Shown: piece by piece, positions 1-29,477 of the stretch
Position numbering within the stretch: the first letter of the stretch is position 1
Layout of the letters: the number at the start of each line of letters is the position of its first letter
From: Bugula neritina
Taxonomy: Eukaryota > Animalia > Bryozoa
Reading direction: 5' to 3'
Assembly: GCA_964035545.1 (NCBI GenBank)
Contig: OZ037765.1
Location: 27,961,504 to 28,025,503, forward strand
DNA length: 64,000 nt
Notes under the pieces: generated by a model
What the model was told of the DNA's origin: nothing
The model's database searches: none
What the model saw: only the letters and a program-made list of their open reading frames with translations
Program-made: the position numbers and the translations under genes

Positions 1-3000
1 AACTATAACCTCAGTCCTTTCTCTCGTGATACTATATTCAATACAGAAATAAATAATCCAAGTAATACATACTAGAGAAGGTAGTCGGTAAACACAACGC
101 TGTACTGTACTTTTTTGCCACCAGGATACAAATTAGCTGAATATTTAACACAAGCACTGTGATTAACTTCCACCATGTCTTTAAAAAAAGACCTGCTTTA
201 CTTGAAACTTTCTCTAAATATTAATGTAGGTTTGCCATCTTTATAAAAAATGGTGAATATATTTCATATCAATTACATACCACATATAATTGATATACAA
301 TAGGCAGGCAGGCAGGCAGGCAGGTAGTGCATCCTAAATATTGTGCCACCTTATGAATAACTATGGAACATATAAATCAATTTTATTAAAACTTACACAT
401 TTAGACAAGAATAGAAAAGGTAATGTGAGGAGGTACTTGGGAAAGCAGCGAGAACAAAGACTTGAGTTGAGTAAGATCTGACTGAAGTCATTGGCAAAAG
501 AAGGGAAATCAATTTCATTAGTAATAGATGTGATGTACTCTAGATTTGAGGCAGTTAATCTTGAGTCTACTATAGAAATCATTTTCGTTGTTGAGTGCAG
601 GTTAATTAATGACATCGATATCAACCTTTATTGGTTAAATGCTGTTTGATTTTTTAAGCATTTGAAGCAATTAAGTGATGATTTCCTGATATGGCTAGTG
701 ATACGTCAAGTAATTATATGTGTAAGTAGGGTGATTGATGGAGCGACAAATATAGCTATTAGTATTACAGTTTGAAGATATTGTAGCAAAGTATCTATAG
801 ATGTATAGTAGGGTCAGGGGCTCAGCTAATCCAGTAACATTAAGTCCAAAAGACATAAAAAGTCCATTGTAAAATATCCCACGGAATGAAACATCAAAAG
901 TCAAAGGCAACGCCCAATTTAGATGTTACCTAATAAATCCTAATATTTAATATGCTTCAAAATTTGATTAGATAAGTATTTCAATTATTAAATCCAGTTA
1001 AACTAGAAAGTCTGATATACTGCTCTGGCACTATAACTCAAGAATAATATTTATATCTTTCTCTTTGATAGAAAAGGAAATAGGAAAAAGTAATTCTGTT
1101 GCTAATTGGAAGGAAGCAGCTACATGCAGTTAGTGCACTTGGCTAGTTTTATTATTATTTCTTGGAAGATAATAGAAAAATATAGAAAAATAGCCAATAA
1201 ATAAAAAGACAATGAAATGATAAAAGAAAACTAGAGATAAATCACAACAATGACTGAGTTTAAGAGGCTGTAGAGTAGTTTATAACATTCAAAAAAGTTG
1301 ATAATCTTAGCGTTTACTTAAAAAGGTAAATTATCTACTTAGAATGCTTCATTAACTCAACCAGCTCTACAAGAACAGTAGCTATTCCTGTGTAGTATTA
1401 CTGTGATATGCGTGATAATGGTGTAGTATTTGAATGTTGCATGTATTGGCCTTATGAAAGGAGAGTGAAATAAAAGATATATTTTGCTCGGCTTACAGAC
1501 TATATTTCATATGTTTATAAAGCTGAAGCATAAAACATTCATATTTCATTAACAAAAAACTTAAAAACCCACAGTAAGATCAATTAAAATTAACTAAAAA
1601 ATTAAAAGGATATATTTGCTATGCTGCCTGAAATAAATAATATAAAAACTGCCTATTTCTGGGCGAAGGCTTAATTAGATTCCAGCACGGGTAGAATATA
1701 TTTACAGCTTATGTTAGTTAAACAATTCTTCAAATAGTAGCCTACACCACAAATATTCACAGAATTTTACCACCACCCCTTAGTAGTTGCCTGCTTCATC
1801 AAAATTAAAGATATTGTATCAATCACTATGTTTGCAAATGTATTAGTTTTATCTAGGATCTTAAAACTAGCATTAGAAGCTTGATTGCTAATAAAGCTCT
1901 TGTGAAATCTGGTAGATATATAAAAATAAAAAAATTTCCCCTTATGATAAATTCATAAAAGTTGATCATTTAAACATATAAAATAAAAAATAATTCTAAT
2001 AGAATTCAGTGCAAACTGAGTAAAACGCAAGACTATATATATACATTTATAACTTAATTTTAGTTTCAACAACGCCTGTGGGACCTTACAAAACCAAGTG
2101 AAATCATTCCTTTTCCTTGTAACAAATTACATGTAGTTGTTCCATACCAATATGTTATACTAAAACCAACCTGAGAAATAAATTATCATACAATTAGAAT
2201 CACCCATGTAATCATCATTACCAAAATTTTCCCAGGCCGCAAAAACATTTGAGTAATTGCTCAACCCTTAAACAATATAAATAGGCTAACAATTTTATCG
2301 AATAACAAATTTTTGACATTTAATTAATTATTCACACACAAGATAATTTGAATTTTATTAAAATATTCTAACATGTGGCTCAGCTGTTATCCATGAAATC
2401 ATAGTGTTTTATATATTAATATAGTTAATCAGCAGAAATTCACACGGATTTCAACAGGAGTGACACTACACATTGTGACTACAACTTTGACATGTATCAG
2501 GGTCAATAAAGATATCTTGCATAATGTACCAAAAGCTAAACATTCCTCAACTAATTTTTTATTACTCGCAATAGAGTTTGCATAATTTTCAAAAAACTCG
2601 AATTCCAGATGCATTGGCATCTACCAACCTAGGTAAATATATATTTCTTATTCCTAAGAATAGTTTCAGTTTAAATCCTCAAACCTTTTGCCAACCAATG
2701 TATAAACATATCTACAATACATGATTATATGCATATATATTACCATCGCAGCAGTGATATTTATTTTACAAGCAGCCGCTACCAGAACAGGACAGAGCGG
2801 AGATAGGTGAGGAAAAAAGGATGTTTATTTTACTTTTTTTTATAGTTCATCAGTGTTTGATATTCACTATACATGATTCACTGTAACAACTTCACAAAAT
2901 TCTAGAATACATAACACTATCATTTTCTAATGATTACATCTGCTTTCGTGTTAATTTTCTTACATCTAGTTTTTTCACATGTCAGTTTCAAAACTTAGAT

Positions 3001-3987
3001 TTAAAATAAATTAACATTTGTGGGTGGTTGGCAAAAGATATTTGGGGTGAAGTGGGGTAGAGCTCGACTGTCTGAGAAAAAAGTAATCATGTTGGAAACT
3101 CTAAACCAAGTATTACCTCATTGGGATTATTTATGCCATACAAGTAAGACAAGACACAAATCACAACATTGGCTTCTAGTGTACTCTGGCCTTGAAAGAA
3201 TCTGATAATATAATTCTGTTAATCCAGAAAAAAAAACTTATTTTATTCTCATTTTATTTTGTCTACTGCTTGCCAATAAACTGATAGCTTTAGAAAATAT
3301 TCACAAAGCCGGTAAACAAATATAAAGTGCTATAAAACCAGAGCTACTGGGATGCAGAGCTAATGGTTTTACGTAATCAGTTGGCAGACTTGAGTACGAA
3401 TCAGCATGACAGAATATATAAGATATACTATACAGCACCAATTCAATAAAAGCTACAAACCACTATAACATCACTATATATAAACATTCATCTATATATT
3501 GAATTAACAAGCTTGATGATCTATCAAAATGCAATTTTAGAATAAACCAAGTAATTTAAAGATTTGTTCAAATTAGGAATTTGAATTTGAAAGATCTGTT
3601 TAAATTCAATTTCTGCAATAAACGTGGTTCTACTATTGAAATCACCTGCCTGAGACAGCAACTCCTGGTGTCAGTGAAAATAAACCAACATTTGTTGAAC
3701 TGAGTAATTGTTTGCTTTTCTAATTCAAGTGGGTTTTTAACCAAAAGGTTATTTGATTAACTATAAACACTTTATAAGACATGTTCACCTGGAAAAGTTA
3801 ATCTAAAAAGAACTACTATTCCTACTCAAATGTAAAATATATAAGCATATATACAAAATAATCAGATTATATTATGTGTACTTGAGGTGGCATTTGCTAA
3901 AAAGATTTTTACTTTTGACTAAATTCTTATAATTGACTTGTGATTATGTGATTGGAAATTATACTATTTTAGAGAACTTAAAAACTC

Positions 3988-4067
3988 AAGTGGGGTTATA
4001 GTCGCCATCTCTTTGAGAACCCCTGGGGGAAAAGGTTTATTAAGCTAGTGCTCTAACCACTACACCG
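3988..4067 (-). mobile_element. Internally deleted tRNA-derived SINE-like copy
   Basis: Minus strand has an A-box-like GGTGTAGTGGTTAGAGCAC followed by the AGGGGTTCTC..GATGGCGACTATAACCCC tail shared with the copies at 6105-6300 and 7328-7505. Confidence 0.5.
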
Positions 4068-4967
4068 TCTCTGCTCTCGTTTTACACAACATAGCAAGCT
4101 AGTAAAATGTGGTAAATATACAATTTTGCGATCACCAGTATAATACTAGCCGCATGCCCAGCTAAATAGCTGCATTAGCTTAAGACTTAGTTATTTAATT
4201 CTAGCCAAATAACTTATACATATCTCCAAAATCAGTACCATTTTTTCTAGGGAATTATTTCATGTATTATGTATTATATTATTTTATACAATTTAAATAT
4301 GCCTAAAAATAGATTAATTCTTTTCTTACATCCAAGATTGAATTTAGTAAAAATATTTTGTAAGCAAATAAAAAGCCTTTTATATTATGTAACTAATGAT
4401 TTGACATTTAAGTGAGAGTTGTCATGCTTTAACTAGAGGGCAGACAATTTCTGCTCACTTCAATAACTCTCGGTAAAATGCCAAAAAGCTAAGCTAGCAT
4501 TTACTTATATATCAAATTTTATAGTATTTAGCATTAAGAATTTTAAACCTATGCCGGCACACTTCACTATATTTTAATATATAAATTAATTAAATAGAAG
4601 CAGCCAAAGAATTAGATAAACTTATTTCTTATATTTATTTCAAGTAAATTTAAAAATGATTTCTACAGAAAAAAACTGGTTATCAATTTAACTATTTAAC
4701 TGTATTTTCATTAGTGTGACATGAAATAGAAGTTGTAAGTAAACAGTGGCACACTGCATCACATTATAACTAAATAATATCTAAGTGACTTCCATTACAC
4801 TTTAAGCTGCTAATTTTACTATTATGTCATAGTTCATCAGGCCTGTATTTATTTTCATATTATTTTGTAACTTATTATTTTGCATTTAAATTGCGTATAT
4901 CACACTTAAAATAAGTCAGTAAAATGTTAACAAATTTAATTTTGGAACTAAAAGAAGACCAACTAAC

Positions 4968-7900
4968 CTGCCAAAAGCGCCATAAGTGTTGACTATTTTC
5001 AGAGGGTCAAATGAAGTGTTCATAGCCTGACCAGAGGACAGCAGGTTCTTCACCACAGGTATGCTCAGGTAACCAATCAACAATGCAAGCAACAAGTCAA
5101 TACAACGTCTGCCGTTCATGAAGTCTCCTGTTTAATAACAAAATATATTTCTATAATGGTAAACAGAAATAAGGTGTGTGCAGTGTGTGTGTGCAGTGTG
5201 TGTGTGCAGTGTGCGTGTGTGTATAAATTTGATTTACTAAAATAATTAAAATAAAATCAAAACATATAACATCATGAAAGGTCTCATTGTGTTGTAACCA
5301 CAAAAGACTGTTCAGAATTGATTACGTTTGTAATACTCAAATAATAATTATTGAGCTCATTTAAGCTGTTGCGAAATAATAAAAATATTTGCTAAAAAAG
5401 TTAAAATTTAAATTTCAAAAGCTATTAACCAGTCTTTTTACTAACAGATTTAACCAATAAATATTGAAGTACCTTTGGATTTGTCTGTGGTTTGAGACCA
5501 CAACTTCTGGAGGGTACCATTTGTAAACAGCCATGATAAGCTTTTATCATCAAAGCAGGCAATACAAGGCAAGATTGTGAGCCAGTTTAGAAAGCTTAGG
5601 TTGCCACTGCATATTAGTATGGCCTACATATATATCAGTATTACCTACATAAATATCACTGTGACCTACATATATATCACTGTGACCTACATATATATCA
5701 CTGTGACTTACGCAATTATATTCACTGTGACTTACATATATATCACTGTGACCTACATACGTATCACTGTGACCTACATACGTATCACTGTGACCTACAT
5801 ACATAAATATCATTGCGACCTACATATAATTGTAGTAGTTAAACCTACATAGATATCATAATAACTAACAAAAAGCACATAAAATAATGAAAACGATGTT
5901 GCTTACATTTAACCAACTCGCAGCCATGTACAGTTTTCTCACTCAAAATATCTAAACTCACCTGGAACAGTATTTGAATAGTTCCACCAACAATCTGAAC
6001 TTTTCTTAGAGGAATAATTAGCATGAGAGGAGCAATGAGCTCAACAAAGTGATTACCGGCTGTTTCCATCTGCCAATAAAATATAAATTTATATGCTTTA
6101 AAAAACTTACGCAAGTTTAAGGTCACTATCCCTGTGAGAAACCCCTGATAGCAAGGGTTTTTGTTAAATAGGGCCAAGGACTTATTCAGATGAGGCACAG
6201 GAGCAATTATGGTTGAATGCTCTTCCTAACATCATCAAAGGCCTTTACTGGGGCGGCACCATGACTTCGGATTTAATAACCCCTAGACCACTGCTGTTCC
6301 TTATAAAAATGCTTTAAATATAATTCAAATAAAAGCAGTGTTTTAAAATACTATATAGTTATAAACGCCAGGTTTTATTTTATGGGTCATGCCCTACTGC
6401 ACAAATATTTGAAAAACTTGAAGTTTAAAGTTATTAGCACCTGTGAACTAAGTTGTAAAGGAAAAAAGTCATGAAATAGTGAATCACTGCATCATATACC
6501 TTGTGCCAGAGTTCAGGGGTTTGGTGAAGGTAGAGACTTGCTGGGTTAGGGACTGGCTGTGTTTGATAGTGATAGTTCATGCAGGTTAAATCACGCCAAC
6601 ATGAGTCTCCTCTAAGCTTAATGAGACCCTACAAGGAGGAACAACCCCTAATAACTAGTTGAACAAGTAGACAGTACAACAGTTTCATATTTCAAACATA
6701 CCTTAAGATATGTGCAGCATTTACAATTCCATTTATGATTTAGTTAGATTACTATTGACATTATTATTTGCACATGTCAATTAATACAAATATATTACAC
6801 TAGAGTTTCAATATATTATTATGCATATTACACAATAGTAAAAATTAACATCAAATGCATGTATATATAGAATATAATATATACATTAAGCAGTTAATTA
6901 GACATATAGCAAGCCACAACTTTAGATAGAATACCTTGTCACACACTACACCTTGCCTGACAAATATTAATAATTGGTAAATGAAGTAACAAATGCAAAT
7001 GGGCATATAAATATGAAGACACTCATTTCGTGCGAAACCACGAAAACATATATAATGCAATGTGCTTAACTTGAGAGTAGATAAAATATAGAAAAAAAAA
7101 ACATAATTAAACATGTTGTTGAAAATGTAGCATTCAACTTACAGCACCTATCATGATTCTAAATATAAGCCATCTGTAACCCCAAATAACTACACGTGAA
7201 CAGCTCTCAGGGAATTTCTTCATTGACAAAAGTGGACAGAGAAAGATTGCGAGAAAACCAGATTCAAGAAGTTGAGATTCCCATCCAAATGAATACCTAT
7301 ACACATAATATATAGTGTACAACACATGGAGCAGCTGTAGTCTACTGGTTATAGAGGTCAATAGTTCAAATCCCAGTAAAGACTATTGGTAATGTGAGGA
7401 AGGGCATTCAGTCATAATTGCTCCTTTGCTACAATAGAAAACAAGTTTAAAAAACCCTTTCTATTAGGGGTTCTAGCAGGATGGCAAATATAAACCCATA
7501 TGTGCTATATATAGTGTACAGTACAATAGCTACTGAACTAGTAACTAGACATGTTTAAAATGATCTTCCTTTGTTGGGTATTTACATGTAGATAGGAAAT
7601 TAAACAATAAAGGCTAGTCAATTATCTTCCAGTTAAAATAGAGGAAAACTCAGCTAATACAGCACAAACTAAATGGACTCAGACAATTGCACATAATACA
7701 AGCCATATGTGTGAAGAAGTATTATATGATTATATCCCTACTAACCATCTTTGTCCTACGCTGCTAATAGAGTGGTAAAGAATCCAAAGAGAGGTCATCA
7801 GTAGCATATTGGCAGCACCTTGCACCAGTATAATAACAGATATTGAAAGACCAACCAGGGCTGATGCATTGAGCAAGACATCTATATTACTGTAATAACA

Positions 7901-8906
7901 AAGTCACAATTATAGTCATATACTTTGAGTCATGTAGTGTGGAGCAAAAATAGGGGAAACGACTCTTCAAACTTTGCTTTCATACAGTCCTTACAGTCTA
8001 CTTTTGTATTTTTCTATCAAAAATGAAGCAGTACCATTTTTGTCACCAGTTACACTCTTACTAAAAAAATAATTATATTAAAATAAAAAATAGCTATAAC
8101 AAATTTTATATAAATAGAAGCTTGCACAACCCAACACAAAACTATTAATATTTCTGTGTTATCATCTTCTAGCCTTTCACAAACAAAATCAACACTTGCT
8201 TGGTGCAACTTTAAAAATGGTCATGCTAAAATTGAAGTTCAATGAATTATTAGTTTGCTTACAAAATATCAAAAGTCTAGAAACCGAAAAGCTAAATAAA
8301 TACTTGCTTTTTATAATCAAACATCCAAAATATTGTAGGAGCAAATTTTAATTTCTGTAAAATATCTCCTTCGAAATGGGCATCAATCTTTTGCAAATAT
8401 TGGTTTGCTGGCAGCAAGCCATCCCTCCCTATCAGAGCTTTATTCTGTTGGTAAGCTATCAGAAATGCTACTCCTACAATATATAATATACAAAGTTTCA
8501 TTTAACTACCCTAAATCAAATTTTTTGCTTTTTAATAATCATATTTACAAAATACTAGAAAGAGAAAATGCGACAATTTAGTAGTCAAAAATTAGTATGC
8601 AGAAAATGACATAATAAAATATTCCTTTACTTAAATCTAGCACTTAATCTTCACTAAACTGTGCCAAAGCTACAATTGTGTACAGAGTGATGAACTTTAT
8701 TTTTAAAAATTACAAAATCAAGTACCATAAATAAATGAGAGATATCTTAGAAGTACTATTCTAGTCAACCGGTAAGATCCAATAGTATTACACAATAGAT
8801 CTTGCTGATCAACTTCATTTTGTTTTGAAAGTTTGCCATGAGGTTTTGTTTCAATGCATTCATCAGTAGTCTGTGAAGCTTTTCTCTTTCTTACTGTTTC
8901 TTCCAT
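4968..8906 (-). CDS. LMF1: Lipase maturation factor 1 (multi-exon, 3' part not found in window)
   Basis: Frame-consistent exons 8906-8726, 8473-8308 (GC donor), 7889-7746, 7296-7143, 6628-6500, 6069-5962, 5623-5473, 5127-4968. Motifs RLTRIVLLRYLSFIY, YQQNKALIGRDGLLP, WYSFGWESQLLESGFLAIFLCPL, GLIKLRGDSCWRDLTCMNYHYQTQPVPNP, SGNLSFLNWLTILP, QAMNTSFDPLKIVNTYGAFG match LMF1. No C-terminal exons recognised in 1-4900. Confidence 0.95.
5624..5828. repeat. 21-bp minisatellite (ATATATATCACTGTGACCTAC)n abutting an LMF1 splice acceptor
   Basis: About 9-10 tandem units; explains the periodic ORFs 5550-5813 and 5577-5852. Confidence 0.9.
6105..6300 (-). mobile_element. SINE-like interspersed repeat copy
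   Basis: Reverse complement shares CCCAGTAAAG, AGGAAG.GCATTCA..CATAATTGCTCCT and AAAAACCCTT.CTAT.AGGGGTT with 7328-7505. Confidence 0.6.
7328..7505 (+). mobile_element. SINE-like interspersed repeat copy
   Basis: B-box-like GTTCAAATCCC followed by the core AGGAAGGGCATTCAGTCATAATTGCTCC; homologous to 6105-6300. Confidence 0.6.
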
Positions 8907-10586
8907 TTATCACTGTGATTGAACATTAAAACAAATACAAAGTAATTAGTCATATATCACTATATTAGTATAATATATGTGTCAATTGCAAACACTTTAC
9001 TTTTTAAGTCTTGCTTTGCGAGATTTGAAATGAAGTAAGAAAGCCAAAGATTAAATGCTAGAGGTCTTCAAGTGACAATCTAATGATACCCGGTTTACTA
9101 AAGTTTATTTTTATTTTGATGAAATTAAATAGTATCAACACTGCTAATTTTTCCCACTTTTTGTATTTTACTATTAGTATTACTATTAGTATTACTATTA
9201 GTATTTGTAGATTAATTTTAAACTTACAGCGCTTGCAGTTCTGCAATATTGCAAAAATTTAAATGCTCGAATCACCAAGTTCAACACAATTTGAATTATT
9301 GATACTGATACTCATACTAATAGTAATACTAATACTAATACTAATAGTAATAGTAAAACTAAAACTAGTAAAAGTAAATGTAATACCAAAAGTAAAAGTA
9401 AAGGTAAATCTAATTACTAATTAGTATTACTCAATTAAACTAATTATATTAATTTAATCTAGTCACGTCAATGTTAATATTTAATAGTTATACTATTATA
9501 ATTATCTAAAAGTATTACTATTAGTATAAGTATTACTATTAGTATTATAATTATTATAGTCAATGGAATTAAAAGAGACTACTAATAAATTTGGTTACAA
9601 AAAAAGCCAACTGTCTTGAAATTTTATGGTGAAAGCTGCTACTCCGAAACATCATGATTTTATATAAGTGTAGTTTTGAGCAAAGGTCAATGCCATATTT
9701 GTTTTTTTTATATGTATTATAATAGTCGATCGTTGAAAGAGATAGAGACTACTTATACTTATGAAATGCAGGTGTACTTTTTACCTGCGTTGTTGTAACT
9801 AAGCAAGACACAATTTTCGTTATTAGCAAATGAGTAGGGGAGATACCACGCTGGTTGTTCGAAGTTTTCTTGTTTCATATTATTATTAGTGGTATAGTGT
9901 TAGTTGATATGTAATAAATAAGCGCTTTTCAAATTATTATACACCAAAAGTAATAATTTCTTAAAAAAATATAATCATAATATTAATATTAATTCATAAT
10001 GATAATTGATGATGATAAATAATTTTATTAAAAATAAATAAATATTAATATAATATTAATATCAATATGAAATGAAATATAAATAACTATTACTAATACT
10101 ATAATGTTAGTGATTATTGTAAGCATAACTATAAGTATTAGTATCACAGTAACTGGCTCTCACTGTCAGTGTGAGTGTCGCTATCTAATATATTATATAG
10201 ATACTAAGTCTAATAGTAATACTAATACTAAATCTAATACTAATAGTAATAGTCAATAAACAATCACAATGTCAGTGTGAGATTAAGTTTAAACTTTAAT
10301 GTCGGTAATACTAATTATATAGTATAACTATACTATAATTCTATATCCGTATTAGTATTAGTTGTACTTGATTTTTATTGCTGTCTGTATAAGCACTACC
10401 TTATTTATTTCAAATTAATTTTTCTAACAAACATGAACAACTAAATTTAATAAAATGTTTTTTGTAAAGCTGCTATGCTTACGTTTTCAAGTTATTAAAT
10501 TATTAATGTGCATCTACTTGTAGCTTTCACATAGACCCATGATAGTACAAACTTATCATCCTCAGATAATTCGTTTCTTAACTAAT
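8907..10586. promoter_or_regulatory. Divergent (bidirectional) promoter interval LMF1/TGS1 with TACTAA/TAGTAA hexamer arrays
   Basis: The ATGs of LMF1 (8906, -) and TGS1 (10587, +) point away from each other 1.7 kb apart; degenerate TA(C/G)TAA arrays at about 9168-9560 and 10085-10360. Confidence 0.6.
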
Positions 10587-26315
<15,729 letters not shown>

Positions 26316-27884
26316 AGCCAGAACAACACGTGATATGAGCTATAACTTTCAGCCTTCTACGTTGTTATCTTTACAAGTTCATTGTGTCCATATGAATTGG
26401 ATTTCTACATTTTTAAAGAAGCTAATTTGTTGCTGTACATACATTGTAAATACACGTGCAAGTGTCAAATAAAATTATGTATCACATTTAACGATTTATT
26501 CATAGACAGGATTGTTCTTCGGTGATGAACTGTTAGTTACAGCATTCATGGTGTGAACCATTAAGCTATGAAATTCAATTAAGTGAAGAAATAATTATCA
26601 TCATGTATTTAAAGATAGAGTTGGCATATATAGGAAGTGTTATTTACATAAGTAGATGGTTGTGTATTGGTGTCATCTCGTTTGAGAGTCAGCTGTTGAA
26701 AAATTGCATACAAATATAATAAAATGTCCTATAACGAAATAGATTATTATATTGATTTAGTTTAGGTTATAATAATAGATACACTGTGCAATAATTATTT
26801 AAAGTTTAATTACAACATGATGCTTGCTGTGCATCAGTCGATTAATAAGATAGAGCAGAATAGAAATATGTCTGACTTTATATTCTTTGTAGCTCTGCTA
26901 TCCATGTATTCAGTATCAAAATATGTCGGTTTTGTAACATTGCTGCATATAAATTAGAACTCTATGAATACCTTATGTAAACACAGGGGTGATATTATAT
27001 GCTAACAAATGTTATCTCTAAGGTCAGCAGTACTGTACCTCAAACTAAAATTAATATTCAGTGGTTTGAATTAAATAATCAGCCCGTGAAACTTTCTTAA
27101 TTATTTTCCATATTTGTATTGGCTTGTATTTAAACTCCAATTCTCATAGTCAAAACATTGGTATATAGTGATTATGTTGTACATTCTAGCTTATGTTGTG
27201 CAGTTGCATGTTTTTTGTTCCACAAGTTGTAGTTCTCCATGACCAAAAGCCATCTCTAGTGAAGTGTACATTATGTGACTCAAATTAATATCGATGGCTT
27301 TACACTTGAAGGTTACAATGTATGATAGCTTGTAATCGTGAATTTAGCATAAATACCACTTTGATAGAAAATATTTGGGATTTTTTCATTAGACTTTATT
27401 CATGCTGTAGCATATAAAGTCTAAAACATTTTATACAATTTTAAAATAGAGCTACTACATAGAACTTTACTTTTCCACATTTCTGTTACTATAACTTACA
27501 ATCTTAATAGAATATGTTGAAATATACAATTTTACTAAATGTAAAACACTGCCAACAAAAATTTATATAAAATCATTCTTTTTGGTAAATCTATGTAAGC
27601 CATGTGTTGGCTGGTACATTTACACTAACTTTTCAACTCATGTTTTGCTATTTAGTATGTAAAAACAATGCATGGACCAAACAAAATACACCAAACTTGA
27701 AGAAAGCAAATAAACAGCAGTTGCATTAATTTCACATGTAAAATCCATCAACCAACCCAGCGCTTACACAACTCGGAAACTATTGCTCACATTACAAATT
27801 ACTATAACACATTGATTACTCACAACACATTAAAAAATAGAATTACAATAAAAAAAAACGTCACAAACAACTATAGTTATTTTG

Positions 27885-29155
27885 TTACATCACTGGGAAA
27901 ACTTTATTAGCGGATAACTTGTAGTAGCAGTTGTTTATCATGGAATCCTGTGCCATAGCTTGCTGGGCGAGAAATCTTTTGGAAAACTCCTGCGTGAGAG
28001 AATAGTTAAATGGAGCCCTTTCTTGAAAATTCAACATCGGTGAACTTTGAAAATTGTGTAGAAGTGGTAAAGAGAACATAGGATTTGTAACCAGTGGATT
28101 GTGCTTTGCCCCAGCATCACCATCTGCTTCTTTCTGACGTTTTTGCTTATTTCTTCTGTTTTGAAACCAGATCTTGACTTGCGTTTCTGTGAGCTGCAAT
28201 TGTTGTGCAAGAAAAGACCTGTCAGTGCTAGACAGGTACTGCCTCTCTTCAAACTTCTTCTCCAACTCATGCACTTGATATCTGGAAAACACCGTTCTGG
28301 TTTTCTTTTTACCGCTGGTAATATTAGGAGAGCCATAATTAAATTGGTTTTCTTCATCATTTGGTTGGGAACTTTTACTATTTATTAAAAATGGTGCCTG
28401 CATCATTCGGTGTTTTAAGATATTAGATGTTGCTCGTTGGTGAAAAGCTCTTCTAGCTGCAAAAAAAAGACAAAATTAAATGAGCTGCAGGTTAGAATTA
28501 GCTTAGTTCATAAATAGTATATAGTGGCTGTGTTTCTATTAGCCTTAATTAATATTTGTGTTTAGACAACATAGTATCCTTGATTTTATGAAAAAATAAA
28601 ACTCCTGAACAAAGTAGGAGCAAAATAAGCTGTAGCGAGTCCTTTATAAAATTAAGGTACCGTATATATTTATTTAAACAATATTATTAAATAGCAAATA
28701 CAATAGTTCAAATTTTGCTGCATAAGTAGTATCTAAAGAAGTATTAACATATTACATAACTGCTTTTATTAGCCCATATTACCAGTACTTATTTTGTATA
28801 CTGAAGAGTAGCCAAAGAGATTCAACTACATTTTTCGGAATTTAATTAGTTGAAAAAGTTTTAAAAAATGTACTTAAGAAAGTTAGGGCTAAAATATAAA
28901 GTTACCTGCAACTGCCCCTAAAAGCAAGGGGTTGCTTGGCCAGAGAAAATCATTTTCAAGAAAGGGTTGTGAGCTAGCATGAGGTGACCAGTATGATGTC
29001 TTTGGTCTTCCTGGCTTCTCCCTTGTACATCTTGCTTCTTCTAACTTTTTTAATTCTTCCTGGGTAATAAAATTTTTAGCCAGAAGGCTTGAGATTGAGA
29101 AGGCTTGACTCGGTGGAGCTGAACAACTCGGATTTGACTCAGACGATGATGACAT
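27885..29155 (-). CDS. Hmx: NK-class homeobox protein, Hmx/NK5-like (divergent)
   Basis: Exons 29155-28906 and 28456-27885 (phase 1). eh1 motif FSISSLL; homeodomain [40 protein letters not shown] is closest to the Hmx signature. Confidence 0.8.
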
Positions 29156-29477
29156 ATAGATGCTGTAGGTAAGGGGTTATGTTAGAAAGTGAAAGCAATT
29201 AGATATCTAGTCGCTGTCATCATAGTTAGCAACGCCCATTGGCATCAGTGCATATTACATGAGCTGTTAAGCTCTTGATTATTGCTAAGTCTTTAATATT
29301 TAACACTTTATGTAATCAACATCATGTTAAATTAGTATAATTAATCTACTGGAACTACTTGGCATGACCTGCATACACATGCAGTACTTGGAGACACATT
29401 CTGAAAAGGTGCCAATTATTAACAGATGGTTAAAATTAGTAACATGAGCTACTGTGTGTCATGGTTTCCCTATGTCT

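Noticed and set aside
1740-1860. Possible last LMF1 exon (..TKGWW on the minus strand)
   Set aside because: Followed immediately by a stop and lacks flanking LMF1 motifs.
361-2620. Short minus-strand ORFs 361-624, 695-910, 2429-2620
   Set aside because: No recognisable motifs or exon chain; may be decayed repeats but cannot be supported.
5550-5852. YVGHSD/ITVTYI repeat ORFs
   Set aside because: 21-bp minisatellite; the true LMF1 exon is 5623-5473 in another frame.
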